Assembly: GCA_039798785.1 (NCBI GenBank)
Contig: JBDKFG010000072.1
Coordinates: 1 to 25,887, forward strand
Origin: Verrucomicrobiota bacterium
GTDB lineage: Bacteria; Verrucomicrobiota; Lentisphaeria; Lentisphaerales; Lentisphaeraceae
DNA length: 25,887 nt
Direction: 5' to 3'
Positions 7,840-17,000 of the stretch are shown piece after piece. Under the pieces are notes generated by a model, which had not been told where the DNA came from, ran no database searches, and was given only the letters and a program-made list of their open reading frames with translations. How positions within the stretch are numbered: position 1 is the first letter of the stretch; the number at the start of each line of letters is the position of its first letter. The translations under genes and the position numbers were made by a program.

Positions 7840-8054
7840 CCTGAACCTACAAACCGCAGTTGAAAGGTTGGATGGTTGAAAGATTGGAAGGATTGGCGGC
7901 AACAGCAATAGCTTAGCTCATTCGATGATCCGTCGGAATGACCTCTAATGGCAAAGTGCTCCTGATCGCATCAAATAGTCGCTGACTTTTGTTGTTCAAT
8001 GTCTTGCGCTTCAACCTTTCAACCCGGTTCTATTGCTCAATAGCGGTTTTCAGG
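7840..8054. repeat. Second GTTGAAAG-type palindromic element, in the convergent kinase/receiver spacer
   Basis: Tandem 8-mers GTTGAAAG GTTGGATG GTTGAAAG ATTGGAAG at 7859-7890. Perfect 12-bp inverted repeat 7859-7870/8012-8023. Outer imperfect arms CCTGAA..AAACCGC / GCGGTTTTCAGG. Inner hairpins at 7918-7941 and 8030-8043. Confidence 0.7.
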
Positions 8055-8059
8055 CTGCA

Positions 8060-8512
8060 TTACTTGTTCAGAGGCGGAAGGATGACGATGGTGGAGTTCG
8101 GCCCGCGGCTCTGGCTGTCGAGCTTGCCACAGGAGAAAAGCTCCACCTGGCTGACCAGCCCGGCAATGTCAAAGTTCACCTTCAGGACGCAGGAGGCGAA
8201 AAGCTCGCGGCAGGAGGCTTCGTTTTCGGCGTTTTTTCGCAGCATCGCGATCACCGGCGGCGGACGCAGGCCGAAGGACTCCCAGCGTGCGACCAGGTCG
8301 GCCATGCAGGCCTTGGCGTCGACCGGTTCGTCGATGACGATGCAGCGCAGGGCCTTGGCTTCCGAGTCGTTGAGGGAGGGAATCTGCTTTTCGTCGCCGA
8401 TGTCGAGGATTTCCAAGCCCGAATTGCCAAGCACGCGAGAGAAGAAGTCGCGCAAGTTCTCGTCCTTCATGACGAGAAGCACAGTGCTGAACATCGATCG
8501 GTACAGGCTCAT
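8060..8512 (-). CDS. Stand-alone, atypical response-regulator receiver (CheY-like) protein, 150 aa
   Basis: TVLLVMKDENLRDFFSRVL (b1-a1), CIVID (phospho-Asp position), PPVIAM (b4) and VLK (conserved Lys). AAGGA RBS before ATG 8512. The rest of track ORF 8060..9484 is an off-frame overlap with mnmA. Confidence 0.7.
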   Translation of the reverse strand: MSLYRSMFSTVLLVMKDENLRDFFSRVLGNSGLEILDIGDEKQIPSLNDSEAKALRCIVIDEPVDAKACMADLVARWESFGLRPPPVIAMLRKNAENEASCRELFASCVLKVNFDIAGLVSQVELFSCGKLDSQSRGPNSTIVILPPLNK

Positions 8513-8550
8513 CTGATTCCTTGATTGACTGCGCAAGATACTCCGTCTGC

Positions 8551-9621
8551 TCAAGCCGGCAAACCGCGCTGGATCACTCCTCGACCCAAGCAGTAGTCGC
8601 CGTCGTAGATCACCGCCGACTGCCCCGGCGCCACGCCCGGATCGGCTTCGTCGAGGCTGAGGCGGCCCGAGGCCCCTTCGCCGAGATGGAGCGTGGCGCC
8701 GAGAACCCGGGGGCCATGCCGCAGTTTGACGCCGATCCGCCCGCCCGGGGGGGGACTGCCTTCGCACCAATGCAACTCGGCCAGAGCGATCTCCCTGCAG
8801 GCGATTTCGGCGGCATGGTCCTTGTGGGAGACGAAGACGGTATTGTCGTCGAGCTCCTTCCGGACGACGAACCAGGGGCCGCCGGAGAGGCCCAGGCCGG
8901 TGCGCTGGCCGATGGTGTGGAACCAGACGCCCTTGTGTCGTCCGAGGCGCTTGCCGGTCTCGAGTTCCACGATCCATCCTTCCTTCTCTCCGAGGTGAAA
9001 GCGGACGAAGTCGTTGTATTTGATCTTGCCGAGGAAGCAGATCCCTTGAGAGTCCTTGCGGTCCTTGTTGAAGAGGTCGAGGGCGGCGGCCTCGCTGCGG
9101 ACCTCGCTCTTCTGCAGATGGCCGATGGGGAAGAGTATGCGGCTCAGCTGTTTCTGCGACAAGGCCGAAAGGAAATAGGTCTGGTCCTTGACGGGGTCCG
9201 GAGCCCGGCGCAGACGGAAGAGCCCGCCGTCTTCCGAGACTTGGGCGTAATGGCCGGTGGCGACCTTCTCCCAGGAAGCATCGATGGCATCGAAGAATGC
9301 TCCGAACTTCACACGTTCGTTGCACAGGATGTCGGGGCTGGGCGTGCGCCCCTGTTTCAGTTCGTCGATGACGTAGCTGACGACACGGCTGTGGTATTCC
9401 CGCTGCATCGAAATCACTTCCAGGGGAACCCCCTGGGCCGCGCAGACGGCACGGGCGTTCTTCAAGTCTTCTTCCCAGGGACACTCGCCCAGAAAGGCAA
9501 GCTCGTCTTCGAGCCAGATCTTGAGGTAGAAGGCGGTGAGCCGATGCCCCCCTTGCCTATTGAGCATGGCAAGAGCGACCGAGCTGTCAACACCCCCGGA
9601 CAGGAGGACGGCGGTATTCAT
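8551..9621 (-). CDS. mnmA: tRNA-specific 2-thiouridylase MnmA
   Basis: AVLLSGGVDSSVA, GRTPSPDILCNERVKFG, ATGHYA, KDQTYFL, KDSQGICFLG, TIGQRTGLG and APGQSAVIY. Start set at ATG 9621. Confidence 0.97.
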   Translation of the reverse strand: MNTAVLLSGGVDSSVALAMLNRQGGHRLTAFYLKIWLEDELAFLGECPWEEDLKNARAVCAAQGVPLEVISMQREYHSRVVSYVIDELKQGRTPSPDILCNERVKFGAFFDAIDASWEKVATGHYAQVSEDGGLFRLRRAPDPVKDQTYFLSALSQKQLSRILFPIGHLQKSEVRSEAAALDLFNKDRKDSQGICFLGKIKYNDFVRFHLGEKEGWIVELETGKRLGRHKGVWFHTIGQRTGLGLSGGPWFVVRKELDDNTVFVSHKDHAAEIACREIALAELHWCEGSPPPGGRIGVKLRHGPRVLGATLHLGEGASGRLSLDEADPGVAPGQSAVIYDGDYCLGRGVIQRGLPA

Positions 9622-9650
9622 GGGGATTCTCACGTTTTTTGCTGACGCCA

Positions 9651-9656
9651 AGTATA
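9651..9656 (-). promoter_or_regulatory. Probable -10 box of the mnmA promoter
   Basis: TATACT on the minus strand about 30 nt upstream of ATG 9621. The -35 is weak (CTGTAC, 18-nt spacer). Confidence 0.45.
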
Positions 9657-9746
9657 TGCCCTGAATCTCTCCAGGTACAGGGGGGGCGCCGTCGTCTGCA
9701 GGTCTTTCCGGAACACGCGTATCAAAAGACAGTCACTTTGACCAGG

Positions 9747-9969
9747 GATGCCGCCGATGCGGACAGATCCTGGCCCTGTCTTCGGGCATGGTGCGGCATC
9801 ATTTGACGCGAGTGCTTTCCGTCATTCGTGCTGTCGTGCCTTTAACGATCCTCTCGCTCTGCTTCGCCCGTTCGCCTCTTGGCTCGTTAAGCTTGATTTT
9901 ATCGGAAGCCGCGATGAATCTCGGCTTTTCGTAGGAATGACTGAAAGCCCAGGATCCCTCATGTGGATC
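9747..9969. other. Multi-stem palindromic intergenic element (candidate structured RNA or REP/RPE-like repeat)
   Basis: Stems: 9747-9754/9793-9800 (8/8), 9814-9829/9933-9948 (14/16), 9842-9851/9881-9890 (9/10), 9906-9914/9919-9927 (8/9) and GATCC/GGATC at 9953-9969. Confidence 0.5.
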
Positions 9970-10020
9970 AATGCTTCTGCAAGCTGGAAAGCCGCCGTCC
10001 TCAAGACAGGATGAGATCAC

Positions 10021-10145
10021 TTTTGGTTTATTTGTTATAAGTTGTCATTATTTATAATTTTAGAAAAAATCAAAAACACCCCCTCTGACAAGCTGGACAA
10101 ATCATTTTTGGTGTTTTATCGTGAATGAAATCAATTTTCAAACAT
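10021..10145 (+). promoter_or_regulatory. AT-rich promoter region of the YdjY-like/giant-protein operon, with a sigma70-like promoter
   Basis: Sharp AT-rich island in GC-rich DNA. TGGACA (10094-10099), 17 nt, TATCGT (10117-10122). Inverted repeat AAAACACC (10073-10080) / GGTGTTTT (10110-10117). Confidence 0.6.
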
Positions 10146-10238
10146 TGCTGGAGCTGGAGAAGCTTGATGGATAGCTGTTTGCGAGGATGAGTTCCAGGTT
10201 CGCAATCAAATCAACTCTGTCGTTTTTGGGAGGTGAAC

Positions 10239-11048
10239 ATGTCCGTGAGAAAGCTGTGGATTCTGATTCTTGCAGGGCTTATTGGGGGCCATGTGGTGAT
10301 TGCGGCTGATGCTCCGGTACCTCCTACGCCTGAGCAGGGGAGTGTCGACAGCGCCGGCCATTTCACTCCAGCTGGGCTCAATCGTGAACTTGGCAAGGCA
10401 AGTCCGGAGCAGCTGGCGGCCTTGGCCAAGCTGAAGCAAGCCGTGAGCGGGAAGAATCCCGGCGAACGAGTAATGGCGATCGGTGATGTGATCTGCGATT
10501 TCGACAAGCGTCGGATCCGGTTTCCTGCACGGTTAAACATGATTCATGGTGAACTTGAGTATGTGCTTGTCGCCAGCAACGGCAAGCTGCACGAGTCGCT
10601 CTTCAGCACTGAGGTCTCCCCTGAGCAGATCCATCTAGCGGCTTTGCTCCTCGGTTTGGAAGAGAAGGCGCTGCCGGAGAGGTTTGACGACAAATGGGCG
10701 GCTCAGAAGCTGTCGGTTACTGTTTCCTGGGAACGCAATGGCGGCAGCACCAGCATCGAGCTCAGCAAGCTTTATATTCGGGGAGCTCGTACAAGCGGTG
10801 CAGTCCCGGCAGCATCACCTGAGCCGCCCCGCAGCGGCGCCTGTTATTATCATGGATCGAGATTCTTCAAGGCCGGCTTTGCCGCTCAGGTCGAAGGATC
10901 GATTCTCGGTTTGACCCGAGACCCTTCTGCCTTGATGAACGCCGATGTCGGCACTGGTCCTGACCTGATCTACACCCCCAACTCAGCTCAGCTTCCTCGT
11001 CTCGGAAGCCGAGTCGATGTCACCCTTTCACTTCCCGTCAAACCTTGA
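10239..11048 (+). CDS. Secreted YdjY-domain-like protein
   Basis: GGAGG RBS before ATG 10239. Signal peptide MSVRKLWILILAGLIGGHVVIAA. Core IRFPARLNM..GELEYVLVASNGKLHESLFSTEVSPEQIHLAALLLGL ... YHGSRF ... LPRLGSRVDVTL resembles YdjY-domain proteins (recognised from memory). Confidence 0.75.
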   Translation: MSVRKLWILILAGLIGGHVVIAADAPVPPTPEQGSVDSAGHFTPAGLNRELGKASPEQLAALAKLKQAVSGKNPGERVMAIGDVICDFDKRRIRFPARLNMIHGELEYVLVASNGKLHESLFSTEVSPEQIHLAALLLGLEEKALPERFDDKWAAQKLSVTVSWERNGGSTSIELSKLYIRGARTSGAVPAASPEPPRSGACYYHGSRFFKAGFAAQVEGSILGLTRDPSALMNADVGTGPDLIYTPNSAQLPRLGSRVDVTLSLPVKP

Positions 11049-11056
11049 GGTCAATC

Positions 11057-14000
11057 ATGAAGTCTCTGCTCCAGTCGATTGTCTTCGGTCTTGCCTGGGC
11101 GCTGGCGCTCACTGCTTACTCACAGAGCTATAACGCCGACTTCGGCGAGCTCGGCGCCAGCGGCACCGGAGCCGTCGGCAGCAGCCAGCTCACCATCACC
11201 GCAGTCAACTTCGAGTCGAAGGCCGAGGCCGGGGGCCTGGCCGTCGGCGACAAGGTCACCGGCGCCTTTGGCCTGCCTTTCCGCAGCAGCACCAATGTCG
11301 CCGATCCTGAAGCCCAGGCCGACTTCGAGACAGCCTTGATCCAGGCCAAGGAAGGTCAAGGCCGATTGACCCTCAACATCCTCCGCGGCGCCACGGCGAT
11401 GACTCTTAAATTCAGCGTCGATCCGATCGTCGACCGCTACGACTGCGTCCTCGGCCCCGTCGGCGGCGTCGGCGTCTGTCACTACGGCAAGACCTTCCTC
11501 CAGATCGTCTCGGTGCAGGCCGGCGGCCCTGCCGATGTCGCCGGCATCAAGGCAGGAGACTTGATCTGCGGCGCCTTCGGGCAATCCTTCTCCAAGGCCG
11601 GTTCGGCCCACTCCATCCTCGGTCCCCGTCGCGAATTCGGCCTCGCCATCGAACGTGCAGAAGCCAACGGCGGCACTCTGCCTCTCATGGTATTGAAATC
11701 CGGCACCGGTCTCGGCACCGTCAACGTCTCACTCGCCGCCGCAGGAGCCTTCCGCCCCGGCTACGTCCGTGCCGGCAGCCCGAAATACGACGCCCTCTAT
11801 GAAACCTGCTGCCTCAACATCCACAACAAGATCATGGGTGGCGGGGTCGACGTCTTCCAGCACTCCTGGGCCGGCATCGCCCTGCTCGGTCACCCCAACT
11901 GGAACGACACCACCGGCGCCAAGCCTTACCGCCTGTCGATCAACAAGATCAAGGACGCCGTCGTCACCCATATAAACAACCGCGCCTACGCCCCTGAGGA
12001 AAGCAACCTGCCCGACGGCAATCCCAACCCCAATGCGACCGATGAAGGGCTCGGCAACTGGAGCAACGGCTCCGCCGCCATGTTCATCGCCGAATACTAC
12101 GCCAAGACCAACGACGCCGCGGTCCTCCCCGTCGTCCAGCGCGCCGCCGAACTCATGGCCAACCGCATCCAGTGGTGGAAGCAGCCGCGCTCCTCGCCAG
12201 GCGCCACCTTCCAGCCTGAAGAGGCCGGCATGGTCGGTCACGGCTGCGTCAGCGGCGACTACATCCACCTCGGCTACGGCCGCGGCATCAACATCGTCGG
12301 CGTCCACATCGCCGGCGGCCTCTCCCTCTGCAAGGCCGCCGGAGCCGACACCAGCATCCGCCCCACCGACGGCCACGGCGTCAACGCCGTGCACCAGTGG
12401 AACGATGCCACCAAGTCGCTCGACCTGAACACGCCCTGGAACGGCGTCAATTACAGCCTCGCCCAGAAGCATGATATGATCTGGAACTGGTTCAGCGAAA
12501 AGACTTGCAATCTCGACGGGCCGAGCTCGCGAGGCGACGGCAGCGTCGGCTACATCTACCCCGAAGGCGGCGACGAATCCTACGGCCGCACCGCCGGAGC
12601 CCTCTTCAGCCGCCTCGTCTGGATGGGCAACAGCCCCCTCGACGCCACCACTCAGGACCGTACCGACCGGATGAAGGCCTACCTCGCCCGCTGCTACGAC
12701 TGGACCCAGAGCTGCCACGCCTACCAGCACGGCGGCCAGTGCTTCGGCGCCCTCGCCTTCGGCTTCCTCACCGACCGCCAGCAGGCCTATGTCCTCAGCA
12801 ACCGCGCCTTCTTCTACAACCTCGCCCGGCAGCCCGACGGCAGCGTCGCTTATGTCAATGGACGGGCCATCAGCGACCCCTATCTCGACAACCAGCTCAA
12901 CGCCTGGGTCTACTGCGCTCTGATCGGTTCTTGTGCCCGCGGCGGACTCCCTAACATCCCCGCTTTCCAGACCAGCCGCCTGCAGGCCGACTTCAAGGCT
13001 CCCGCCAGCCTCTCATGGCCCCGCATCGAAGCCCGCAAACTCTCCCTGACGGCACTCACCACCACCTTCACCACCGACATCACCGACGGCCTCGGCGCCG
13101 TCCTCGCCCCCGGCTCCTACACCGCCGCATGGACCAAGCTCTCCGGACCCGGCACCGTCACCTTCTCTGCCGCCTCCGCCGCCTCCACCAATGCCACTTT
13201 CTCCCAGGACGGCGAATACCAGATCCAGCTCGTCGCCACCAAGAGCGGCTACACCCTCACCGAACCCATCGATGTCGTCGTTCGCAGCGTTGCCCCGCCT
13301 TCCGACATCGCCCTCGGCACCGTCCTCTTCAAACGCTACGACAACATCACCGGCACCGCCGTCGCCAACCTCCTCACCGCCCCGACCTACCCGGCTACAC
13401 CCAGCCTCACTGGCACACTCTCCGAAATCTCCTACAGCAATGACTCCGACAACTACGGCGTCGTCATCTCCGGCTACATCGTCCCCACCGCCACCGCAGC
13501 CTACACCTTCTACTGCGCCGGCGACGACGGATCCGAACTCTGGCTCAACCCCGCCGGCCGCACCGAATCCGGCGCCAGCCGCATCTGCTACAACACCGGC
13601 AATTCAGGATACAAGAACTGGACCGCAACTCCCTCGCAGACTTCGTCGGCGATCACCCTCCAGGGCGGCCAGGCTTACTATTTCGCCTACTACGCCAAAG
13701 AAGGCACCGGCGGTCAGGCAGCCGACGTCGCCTGGTCCACCTCCTACGCGCCGACTCCCACCGCGATTCCCGCCGACAACTTCGGCACTTTGAAAGACAA
13801 CCTGCAGCTCCGCATCACCCAACAGCCGCTCAACACCAGCACCACCCTCGGCTCCAACTGCAGCCTCAGCGTCGCAGCCGCCGGCGCCGGCCCGCTGATT
13901 TATCAATGGCTGCGCAACGGCGTCGTCTTCACCGAGGCATCCTACTCGCCCGCCCTGGTCTTCAGCAATGTCTCCGGGGCCGTCGCCGGGTCTTACCAGT

Positions 14001-17000
14001 GCCAGGTCACCAACTTCACCGGTAGCGTCCTCAGCTCTCCCGCCGTGATCACCATCGCCGATGCAGGATCCACCGTCAGCGGCGGCCTCTGGCGCGAAAG
14101 CTATCTCAGCATCTATGGCAGCAAAATCAGCGACCTGACGGGCAATGACCGCTTCCCCTTCCAGTCCGACAGCTCCGGCCCCATCAGCAGCGCCCAGGCG
14201 ACAGTCAATTACGGCGATGACTACGGCCAGCGCTGGTCCGGCTGGCTCAAGCCCACGGCGAGCGGCGACTACCGCTTTCTTGTCACCTGCGATGATGCCG
14301 CCGAAGTCTGGCTCTCCACCGATGACTCTCCCGATCACAAGGTCAGAATCCTCGGCACAGGCTATACCGGTGGCAATTTGACCTGGAGCGATGCAGCCCT
14401 CTCGCAGTATCTCCCTCTCGTCGCAGGCAGGCGCTACTACCTCGAAGTTCTTCACAAGGAAAACGGCGGCGGAGATCACTGCGCTCTCAACTGGCAGAAA
14501 TACGGCGACGCCTTTCCGGCCAACGGCTCCGCCCCCATTGCCGGATCCTTGCTTGAATACCGCGTCGGCGGCTACGGCTACGACCCTGTCGGCAGCGCCC
14601 CCGACGCGCTCGACGACATCCTGGCCGCCCCCAGCAGCGCCGCCATTTCCCTTCTCCCGCTCGTCAATGACGTTGACCTGGAGCCTTCATCGCTTGTCAT
14701 CACCTCCGTCAGCCGCCCCGCCCTCGGCGCCGTCGCCATCAGCGGCGATGCCAAGTCGCTCGTCTACACCCCCGCCAGCGGCATCGCCACCGGAACCTTC
14801 GACAGCTTCACCTACACCGTCCGCAACAGCCTCGGCCTCAGCGATACCGCCACCGTCAACGTCGAATACACCAATCCCGACCTCGGCCTGAAAGGCTACT
14901 GGCCCTTCAACGAAGGCTCGGGCAGCACCGCCTTCGACCTCTCCGGCAGCACCCGCCACGGCACCCTCTCCGGCTCGCCCGCCTGGTCGGCCAGCGGCAA
15001 GATGAACGGCATGATCACCCTCGACGGCGTCGACGACCAGGTCAATGTCGGCGAGCTCAAGGACATCCTCGGCAAGACCGCCACCCTCGCCTTCTGGATC
15101 AAGACTTCGCAGCTCGGAAAAGGCCCCTGGGATTCCTTCGCCCCCGCCCTCTTCGGCTACGACGCCCGCTGGTGGGAGAACGACATCAAATGGGGCGTCA
15201 TCGACGACAAGGGATGCATCGGCATCTATGGCGACGACAGCGTTGGCGGCGTCACCTCCGCCGCTCCCGTCAATGACAACACCTGGCACCATGTGGCCCT
15301 GACCCGCGATCTCACCACTGGCATCATCCAGGTCTTTGTTGATGGCGTCTTCTCCGCCGCCACCCAGGGCGGCACCGCCGCCGTCACCTACTCATTCTCG
15401 TCTCTTGGCCACATCAACTCCAACGACGGCAACCCCGCCGGCTCCTGGCTCCAAGCCAGCCTCGACGACCTCCGCATGTACGACCGCGTCCTCAGCGCCG
15501 CCGAGATCAGCGGCTTGGCCGCCTATATTCCCCCGAGTCAGAGCCTTCCCTTGTTGAGTACCGCTGCCATCACTCTCGATGGCTCCTCCGTCTCTTCCGG
15601 CGGCACCATTCTCTACGACGGCAGCGGCAGCATCACCGCCAAGGGCGTCTGCTGGAGCACCAGCCCCAACACCACCATCGCCGATGCCAAGACCAGCAAT
15701 GGAACGGGCTCGGGAGCATTCTCCAGCACCCTCAGCGGCCTCAGCCCGGGCATGACCTACTACGTCCGCGCCTACGCCACCAACGCCGGCGGCACCGGCT
15801 ACGGCAGTCAAGTCTCCTTCGCCGCCAACCCGCCCGACGCCATCGACGACAGCCTCGGCTGCACCTCCGCCGCCATCACTCTCAGCCCGATGAGCAACGA
15901 CGTCGACGCCAATCCCTCGCTCCTCCGCATCTCCGCCGTCGGACGCCCGGGCTTCGGCAGCGTCAGCATCAGCGGCGACGCGAAATCGATCGTCTACACC
16001 CCGGGCAGCGGCGTCGCCGCTGGAACCCTCGACAGCTTCTCCTACGCCGTCACCAACGCCTTCGGCTTCAGCGACACCGCCACCATCACCGTCCAATACT
16101 CCGATCCTGCCCTCGGCCTCAAGGGCTACTGGCCCCTCGATGAAGGTGCCGGCACCGCCGCCTACGACACCTCCGGCAGCAACCGCCACGGCACCACCTC
16201 CGGCGGCCCGGTCTGGTCGGCCAGCGGCAAGAAAAACGGCATGATCACCCTCGACGGCGTCGACGACCAGATCGACGTCGGCGAGCTCAACACCGTTCTC
16301 GGCAAGACCGCCTCTCTCGCCTTCTGGATCAAGACCACCCAGACTGGCGTCTCGCCCGACGCCAACAACGCCCCGGCTCTTTGCGGACGCGACCGCGTCT
16401 GGTGGCAGAACGACATCAAGTGGGGCGTCATCAACGCCCAGGGCCGCATCGGCATCTACGGCGGCACCTACGGCAGCGTCGGCGTCGGCTCGGTCGCCTC
16501 CGCCACCCCCGTCAACGACGGCGTCTGGCACCATGTCGTCCTCACCCGCGACATCTCCACCGGGCAAATCCAGGTCTACCTCGACGGCGCCCTCTCCGCC
16601 TCGGCCACCGGCTATCCGACCGCCATCAACTACAGCTTCACCACCTTCGGCAAGGTCATCTCCGACGATGGCAACCCCGCCGGCGCCTTCCTCGCCGCCA
16701 GTCTCGACGACCTGCGCATTTACGACCGCGTCCTCGCCGCCAGCGAGATCGGTGCCCTCTGCGCCTATTCGCCGCCGCTTGCCAGCACCTCGCCTATCAT
16801 CACACTCAACCCCGCTTCGGGTAAACTTGTCGACAGCAGCGTCTCCACCACCTTGACTGCCACGGTCACCCCCTTCGGCCGGACCATCAACAAGGTCGAA
16901 TTCTTCGACGGTGCCACCAAGCTCGGCGAAGCTCTGGCCGCACCCTACACCTATGCATGGTCGGGTGGCAGCGCCGGCAGTCACTCTCTCACAGCAAAAG

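Noticed and set aside
1961..8023. GTTGAAAG motifs resembling the 3' end of CRISPR repeats
   Set aside because: No regular repeat-spacer period, the copies are inverted or directly abutting, and there are no cas genes.
8513..9645. N-terminal 324 aa of track ORF 8060..9484 and plus-strand ORF 8521..9645
   Set aside because: Off-frame and antisense overlaps of mnmA. The receiver gene has its own RBS and ATG at 8512.
9748..10020. Small ORFs 9748..10014 (+), 9799..10020 (-) and 9822..10004 (-)
   Set aside because: No clear RBS, motif or codon bias. The region is better explained by its inverted repeats.
14594..16765. Duplicated module as a diversity-generating retroelement TR/VR pair
   Set aside because: Differences are not adenine-specific, both copies are in-frame domains, and no reverse transcriptase is present in the window.
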